This document shows, one piece after another, positions 56,950-64,000 of a stretch of DNA of 64,000 nt (the stretch's first letter is position 1; every line of letters starts with the position of its first letter). Under the pieces are notes generated by a model that was not told the DNA's origin, searched no databases, and saw only the letters and a program-made list of their open reading frames with translations. This stretch comes from Eledone cirrhosa. Taxonomy: Eukaryota. The stretch is taken from the NCBI GenBank assembly GCA_964016885.1, contig OZ024740.1, forward strand, positions 388,306,001-388,370,000. The letters run 5' to 3'. The translations under genes and the position numbers were made by a program.

Positions 56950-57945
56950 TTCTTTTCCGTAGAGTACAGATGATTCTTTACTTCTAAATTTAGAAGGGCC
57001 TTAGACAAACATAAACTCAATATTAAGATAGTAGAAAGACCAGGTACCTCCATAAAAATACTTATTAGCAAGACATACCCTTTTCAAAGACCTCCCTGTA
57101 TAGATAAGAAATGTATAATCTGTAAATTAAGCCCCTATATTAACTGTAAAACTAAAAATGTAGTATATAGCATAAGATGAACTGAAGGACAATGTAGAGA
57201 TAAGAATATAGTGTACATAGGTGAGACAGCTCGTAGTATAGGGGAACGGATAAATGAACACTGGCGAGACATTCAAGATAGTAAAGAATCATCTGTACTC
57301 TACCAACATGCTAAAATAGAACATAAGGTTAAATTAGAGAACATAGAAATAAAAATAGAATCTACACACAGAAAAGCCGCAATGTTTAGACAAATCTCAG
57401 AGGCAATAAACATAAATGAACTCCAACCAAAATTAAATAGAAAACATGAATGGAACAGCAACATCACAACTTACAATTATGGACAAAATGAAAACACACA
57501 CGCACATAGAACAAACAACCAACCAGTAACATGTAAATAAACAAATAAATAAACAAATATAAACACACACAGACACCCGGATGTAACACATGCGCAAAAT
57601 AAGCACACAACACTCACAAAAACAAGATGGCGTAGGACAGAACAAAGGAGAGGCACAAAAACAAAGAAAAGAATCCCCAGTCACTGAAGCGGTCACAGAA
57701 TGTGTGACCAAAGAACTTTGACGATATATAAACAATCATCTGGTTGTGGAACCAACCAACCAACCAACCAACCAGAAATTTATAAATTCCTAAATCTATA
57801 AATTTATTATAATAAATTGAAGTGAAAGCAACTGGTGTGTGTGTTTCTTATTGGCAACATCACCCTCTCAAAGTATAACAATATCGGTTTCAACACACGT
57901 TTTCAGATAAAGAATCTTGCTAAACAAATTCAGAAACGAAATATA
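56950..57945 (+). mobile_element. Naiad-type PLE 3' portion (GIY-YIG ORF 56974-57540 with one in-frame TGA) plus pLTR
   Basis: Reads IKIVERPGTSIK..PF...CIDKKCIIC.......CKTKNVVYSIR*TEGQC...VYIGETARSIGERINEH...SVLYQHAKIEH...RQISEA...PKLNRKHEW. A degenerate HHR lies at 57680-57722, and the element ends at a TA tract. Confidence 0.85.
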
Positions 57946-57950
57946 GATAT

Positions 57951-58402
57951 ATATATAATCAAGGTTTAGCAAAAAAGAAAAAGTTTCAAAATAAATTTCA
58001 AAAAATTCACTGTACTTACTATTGTTACCTTCTCCTCTTGGTCGAGATAAAATTTGGTCGTTTTGACTGCTGCTATTTATAGTGGTAGTAGACTGACCTC
58101 CCTGCCTCTGCTTCTATCTTTACACACGGCACTGGACAGAATTGCTTCCACATCATTCATTCTCATCTCGGGAACAATTTTGAATAGCGCCAGTTCGTAA
58201 TTTGAACTCGGGAATTTTATATTCTCCGAGTGAAAAGAACCTTCTGACGAGAGTTTATCTTTTCAATGGAAGGCCTCAAGGACTGTCCATTTATTTTTGA
58301 GACTCGAAACCGATTCGTAAAGGTAACAATAGTAAGTAGAGTGAATTTTTTGAAATTTATTTTGAAACTTTTTCTTTTTTGCTAAACCTTGATTATATAT
58401 AT
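57951..58402 (+). mobile_element. Inverted-arm mini-element with HHR-like motif (58241-58320)
   Basis: 57951-58012 is the perfect reverse complement of 58340-58402. The motif reads CTGACGA-gagttt...aatgga/tccatt...agactc-GAAAC-cg-ATT, where one change from ACCGGT breaks helix III. TA tracts lie at both ends. Confidence 0.7.
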
Positions 58403-58526
58403 TCTGGCTCGTTAATTTATTAGCCTGCCATTGAAACACATTGGCATATGGTTGGACAATACATGTGTCCCTATACGCTTTTTGCGTGTAGGGATATATA
58501 CTTTATTATTATATATATATATATAT

Positions 58527-59460
58527 CGTGACCATCTCCACTGAAAGTTTTCATGAAATAGTCTTTTAAGACTATACAGAGCATTTGATGTTATTCCAAA
58601 TTGAAGGATAAGTGTTTTAAACTTTATTTTATCATGAGTTAAAGGTCTATTGATTTTTCCCTGGATTTCACTAAATTCTGTGGATGAATTTGTATCCTGA
58701 TTCTCTTTTGAGATGAGTTTGAATTATTTTTCCTAAATCTTACGTTAACTACTTTTCCCATCTTGACGACATAGTCGCATATATGTTATAGAATACTATT
58801 AGCTTCTCGCTAAAACAATTTCTATACCTTTCATTTATACTTATACTCGGATCTTTTCCTAGAGTGCTTAAACTATCTGTGACTAATCCCGGTTTTTTTA
58901 AATAAAAACTGTGATAATATTGCTATTTGCTGAACTCCTTTTGTAGAGTTTTTTTCAGAATGTATTTGACTGCTATTTCTTGTAAATAACATTCACTTTC
59001 ATCCTGGCGTCACTAGCCCCGTTTTTCCTCATGTGCGTTTTCATAATCACGCATGATGGCGAACTAGCCAGTTTTAGAATTCCCTTTTCGGCTTATAATA
59101 CTGTGGTAGCCCTGGTTATCTGTTGAGCTCTGCTGACGATTGAAATCCAACCGTGACCATCTCCACTGAAAGTTTTCATGAAATAGTCTTTTAAGACTAT
59201 ACAGAGCATTTGATGTTATTCCAAATTGAAGGATAAATGTTTTAAACTTTATTTTATCATGAGTTAAAGGTCAATTGATTTTTCCCTGGATTTCACTAAA
59301 TTCTGTGGATGAATTTGTATCCTGATTCTCTTTTGAGATGAGTTTGAATTATTTTTCCTAAATTTTACGTTAACTACTTTTCCCATCTTGACGACATAGT
59401 CGCATATATGTTATAGAATACTATTAGCTTCTCGCTAAAACAATTTCTATACCTTTCATT

Positions 59461-59464
<4 letters not shown>
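58527..59464. repeat. Two near-identical ~312-bp direct repeats (58527-58838, 59152-59463) with ~313-bp spacer, bounded by (TA)n
   Basis: cgtgaccatctccactgaaag...ctttcatttata is duplicated with very few differences. Confidence 0.9.
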
Positions 59465-59491
<27 letters not shown>

Positions 59492-59947
59492 GTATATAAC
59501 AAAAAGTATCATAAGGAACCAGGTGGATCATAACGCACCAGAGTACTCGTTACTTAGGGTAGTGGAGTGGGTAATAGGAAAAGAGTCAGGACCCCGACGG
59601 CTGGGCTCCGGCCGTTTCGACAGCTAGATCCGACAGTTCGGATAAAAAACCTTTTCTTTATATACACTAACGTCATGGACAAATATAGGAAAATAGCTAG
59701 AACAATTTCAATCCTGTGTTAGGATTTTATTAGCGATTGAGTCCCTTATTTAATTGTCCGCAGGCACACTGAGTGTGAATCAATTTTCATACATAACACC
59801 TTTCTCAGCATCAACAAATGTGACAGTGGGTGCGATTTGATTTTGTGGTTCAATCCGAAGATTGAAAGAGTGAGAGTGTTTATGTGTAGGTCTGTGTGTG
59901 CGTATTTGTGTGTATGTGTGTATGTATGTGTGTGTGTGAGAGAGAGT

Positions 59948-59989
<42 letters not shown>

Positions 59990-60669
59990 AGAGAAAGAGA
60001 GAGAGAAGAAGCATATCTCTAAAAAGTTACGGAATATCAATAATCTTTCAAAATTCTCCGGTATTAACTTCAAACTGTTTACATGATGATATTTCAAACT
60101 TATTTTCTAATCTTTCCCGACTTTTTATGTTTAACAAGTGCAAATAGTTCATTTAGACCCCCTAAATGAAGTTGATAAAAGCACTGAAACGTATTTGCAG
60201 CGAAAGTCAATTTTAACAAATTAATACATCGTTCATGTAATTACACTGAAAGATATTACCTAGCTATTGAGGAATTTTGAGACGTTTCGAATGTATAAAA
60301 TGTGTACATATATGTATGTATATTTGTATATATATATATATATACATACACCTATACATTTGAAAACAGAAATGAAAGAAAATAAAACCTAACACAGAAG
60401 ACAAATGTTTAAATATTTAGCTGTAAGGGAAGGACAGTTAGTCACTCTAAATTATAGAATGATATATTTAGAATTATTGTTTAGAGGTTGTGACTAAGAT
60501 CACTTTATCTGTAACCTAAAATAGGAGATTAGACAATAGATATGTATCAAGTAAAATAAATAATTAGCGAAGGCCAAACAGAGCATGCTCTATGTGTAAA
60601 CAATATAGGTTATTAACGGCCATTCTAAATGTTCAAGTGAAGTTCTGTGTTGGTCTAATTATATATATA

Positions 60670-61444
60670 TTTGTTTTGCAAGATATTTTATCTGAACACC
60701 TGTGTTGAAGCCGATATTGTGATATTTTGGGAGGGTCATGCTGCCGATAAAAATACAGGCACCTGTTGGTATTTCACTTCCGTTTATTATTATGATTTCC
60801 CCGTCAGTTAGTTTAATAGCTGGTGGTTGTATAGTTGTTGATTCGTCAATCATTCTGTGTCCTATTTTGTTTCTCGCTTTTGTTCTGTTCTACACCATCT
60901 TGTTTTTGTGAGCTGTGTACATGGGTTCCACACGCGTTTTATCCAGGTTTTTGTGTGCATATGTACGTTGTTTGTGTGTATGTGTTTATTTATTTATTTT
61001 AATATATTTATTTGTTTATCGTTATATTTGGGAAGGGTAATATTGTTTTATTATTGCCAGATATAATAATTGTTTCTACTTTTGGCACAAGGCCAGCAAT
61101 TACCCAGTACATTACTGTTACTTTATTTTATCGACACCGTAAGGCTGAAAGGCAAAGTTGACCTCGGCGGGATAATAAAACACACTCACTGTTTTGTTTG
61201 GATTAGTTTTCGCTTCTGTATATTTTATGTCCCTATAGTTAATTTTGCTGGCAATCAATATTTATCATTGATTGATCAACAGTTAAAAATGTACATATAA
61301 ATTTATATATATACATATATAGTCTATCAAAGTTATTTTATCACACACCTGTGACATCATCAGTTGTACTATTATGTGTACTCCCGTTGTAATGTCTATT
61401 CTATTTATTATTTAGTTATTTATTCTTGTCTCTGTTTGCGCATG

Positions 61445-61522
<78 letters not shown>

Positions 61523-62150
61523 TTTTCTGTTTGGTGTGTGTTCTTGTCCGAGTTTGTGTGTTTGTATTCTATCTTTCCTTACTAATGTGTGCTTATGTGT
61601 GGTTGTTGTTATTGTATCTATGTATATTTATGTATATCTGTTTTAGGTCACTATTGTGTGCTTGTGTATGGTTGTTATTGTTGGTATTCCATTCATTGTT
61701 TCTGTTCAACTTCGATTTTCTTAGTTTTATTTCAGTTGCTTCCCTGATTTGTCTATCGGTTGAGTCATATCTATGTTTAGATATTATTTACATTTGTATG
61801 TTGTTTATATTACCACCATGTCTTCTTCTGGCGTGTTCATATATAGTACCGAACTGTCTTTTTGTCCTTTTAGTTTATCCTAGTCTATCGACTCCTCTAT
61901 GCTCCGAGCTGGTACTCTCTTGTGGGGGTGTTTTTATAACTATATTGATATCATCTACATGACAAGGGTTATGGAGTTCTCTGGTAGGAGTTCTCTGAGT
62001 CTTCTTTCCCACCATACCATAAATAGGTTGGCAATATCGCCAGTTATGTTGTCACCAATGGCTTATCCTTCATTTTGCGTGTAAATTTTCTGATTAAATT
62101 GAAACATGTAGCCCTTTAGGGTAGTTCTAATACTAGCTCCTACCGCATGT
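60670..62150 (-). mobile_element. Degenerate, internally deleted Naiad-type PLE (RT and GIY-YIG remnants, partial tandem pLTRs) with an inserted SINE fragment at ~61068-61171
   Basis: Minus strand gives FQFNQKIYTQNEG*AIGDNITGDIANLFMVWWERRL, HVDDINIV, EHARRRH and RQIREA..KLNRNNEW. A degenerate HHR lies at 61327-61365. Confidence 0.8.
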
Positions 62151-62336
62151 GCGATTATTTTTCTCCCCTGACCGTTGTTATTGGGTGCATGAATATTATA
62201 GAAAATGATGCGAATAGGACTTGCCCCACGTATAGGAGCAAATTTTTGAATAAGATAGAGAGAACTAAGAATACGAATAAGATCAACTCATGGTATGGCA
62301 GCAAAAATACCAGAGTGTAATATATATATATATATA

Positions 62337-62945
62337 TTAGAAAAGGTAAGTGAGGTTCTATACAAAACAGTGGATATAGAGAAAAGATGAAGTTGGAAAT
62401 AGCACGGGAGATATATTTAAGGGTCTGTTTTTCTTTTTAGATTCGTCAAAGTGACATTATTCAAATTATAGTGTTATTAAAAAGATAATGTTATTAAAAA
62501 AAGAGAGGTACAATTGTTTTTTAAAACTTTTTTATGAAGTATATACAGTATATGAGAAGATTACCTATTTCGATATATTAAGATCCATCTTGTCAAATTC
62601 AATGAAAATAATTTCTTCCATCATGCTTCCAGGAAGCATGATAGAAGAAATTTTACTCAAACATTCGATTTTGATTTTAATTTAAAACCTTTTTTTACTC
62701 CTACCAACTCTTTTTAATTAACGCTTTTCACTGAATTTGACAAGATGGATCTTAATACATCGAAACCGGTAATTTTCTCATATACTGTATATACTTCATA
62801 AAAAAATTAAAAGAAAAGAATTGTCCCTCTCTTTTTTTAATAACATTATCTTTTTAATAACACTATCTTTTCAATAATGTCACTTTGACGAATCAAAAAA
62901 GAAAAACACACTCTTAAATATATCTCCCATGCTATTTCCCGCTTC

Positions 62946-62950
<5 letters not shown>
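62337..62950 (+). mobile_element. Inverted-arm element (~225-bp arms) with a degenerate HHR in both arms
   Basis: ~62385-62608 is inverted to ~62726-62950. The motif gaat-tTGACAA-gatg..catc-GAAAC-cg-GTA-attt lies at 62733-62775. Confidence 0.7.
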
Positions 62951-63039
<89 letters not shown>

Positions 63040-64000
63040 TATCTCTCTATCTATCTATCTATCTCTCTCTATCTATCTATATATATATATAATTATAATT
63101 ATATATATATATATATATATATCATTTGTGGCGATATCTTTAACCTCATCATTGATCTTATTATAGGTGTTAGTTTTGGCCTTCTGGTATTTATTTGTTA
63201 CGCTATTTTGGATAATGTCGTTATATTTCCCTTATGTATTTCATAAAAATGAAATACTTAAGGGAAATAACTATTTAACTGGTTTCTTTCTTTGGAAAGA
63301 GGTCGCTTTGAAGTATTGTAGTCGATTATGTGAACGCCAGTAAATTCGATGTTATTTATGTTATTAATATTAAATTGGAGCACTGGAAATGGAACATTGG
63401 TGTAAAAGATTAAATTTCTTTAAATGGTTTTCCTCAACGCATCGATGTTCCTTCATCTCCTCTTTCTGGAGAATATTCTATGAACTATAGTTTCCACCAT
63501 CCAAATCGCTCACTGCGCTTTCTTCAACACAGAACTTCGGCTACAAACATTTTTTCAAATTACCGTGCAGTGGAATAGATTTCTTAAAACATGTTTCTGC
63601 GTGGCTAACCCCTTCAGGTACCAAGAGTCATCAATAGTTTTGAATCACATAAGTCTTTTAAGATAGATAATACTGTTGTTGCCCAATAAATAACGGAGAT
63701 TGTCTTTCCCAAACTGCAAGACATTTACTAAAAGGTTATGTACGTCCGTGTTCATTATAAATAATGTAAACCATACTCCACTCAAATGAAATGTTCTTGA
63801 ACTGTTGAGGTTAATATCAACTACACATATTTTATTTCTAACATCCGAATGATTCACACAGAGTATGAGTGGATAATGTAATGGAATTGAGCAAACATTT
63901 CACCCCTTCGAATAACAAAACATTTACCTAAACTAAATACCATACTAGAGCACATATTTAATATCAAAGCGTGTGATCTAGATGTGATGAAAGATATTTT

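Noticed and set aside
57541-57680. Search for a SECIS downstream of the TGA-containing ORF
   Set aside because: No AUGA...AA...GA stem-loop recognised by eye.
59575-59645. GC-rich patch with GAAACGGCC on the minus strand
   Set aside because: No CUGANGA box and no supportable ribozyme fold.

Overview
AT-rich, microsatellite-dense eukaryotic DNA, most likely intronic or intergenic. The dominant tRNA-derived SINE and the repeat mix resemble an octopod cephalopod genome (inference). No intact host gene is supportable, and most entries in the ORF track are microsatellite artefacts. The window is a mosaic of mobile elements. It holds several Penelope-like retroelement (PLE) families (RT and GIY-YIG fragments, including a Naiad-type family), RTE and R4-type LINE relics, an IR/DR Tc1 (DD34E) transposon, a non-autonomous Helitron, a MITE, about 10 SINE copies and a tRNA-like sequence. 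The most striking signal is a recurrent architecture: (TA)n, then an inverted copy of the element 3' end, then a sense 3' end carrying a minimal type-I hammerhead ribozyme (HHR), then (TA)n. It occurs in several unrelated sequence families. I count about 10 near-canonical and about 7 degenerate HHR motifs read by eye in 64 kb. Other highlights are a three-level nested insertion with an internal empty-site control for the Helitron, and an in-frame TGA at a conserved Cys of a Naiad-type endonuclease. All calls are from manual reading; no searches or folding programs were run.
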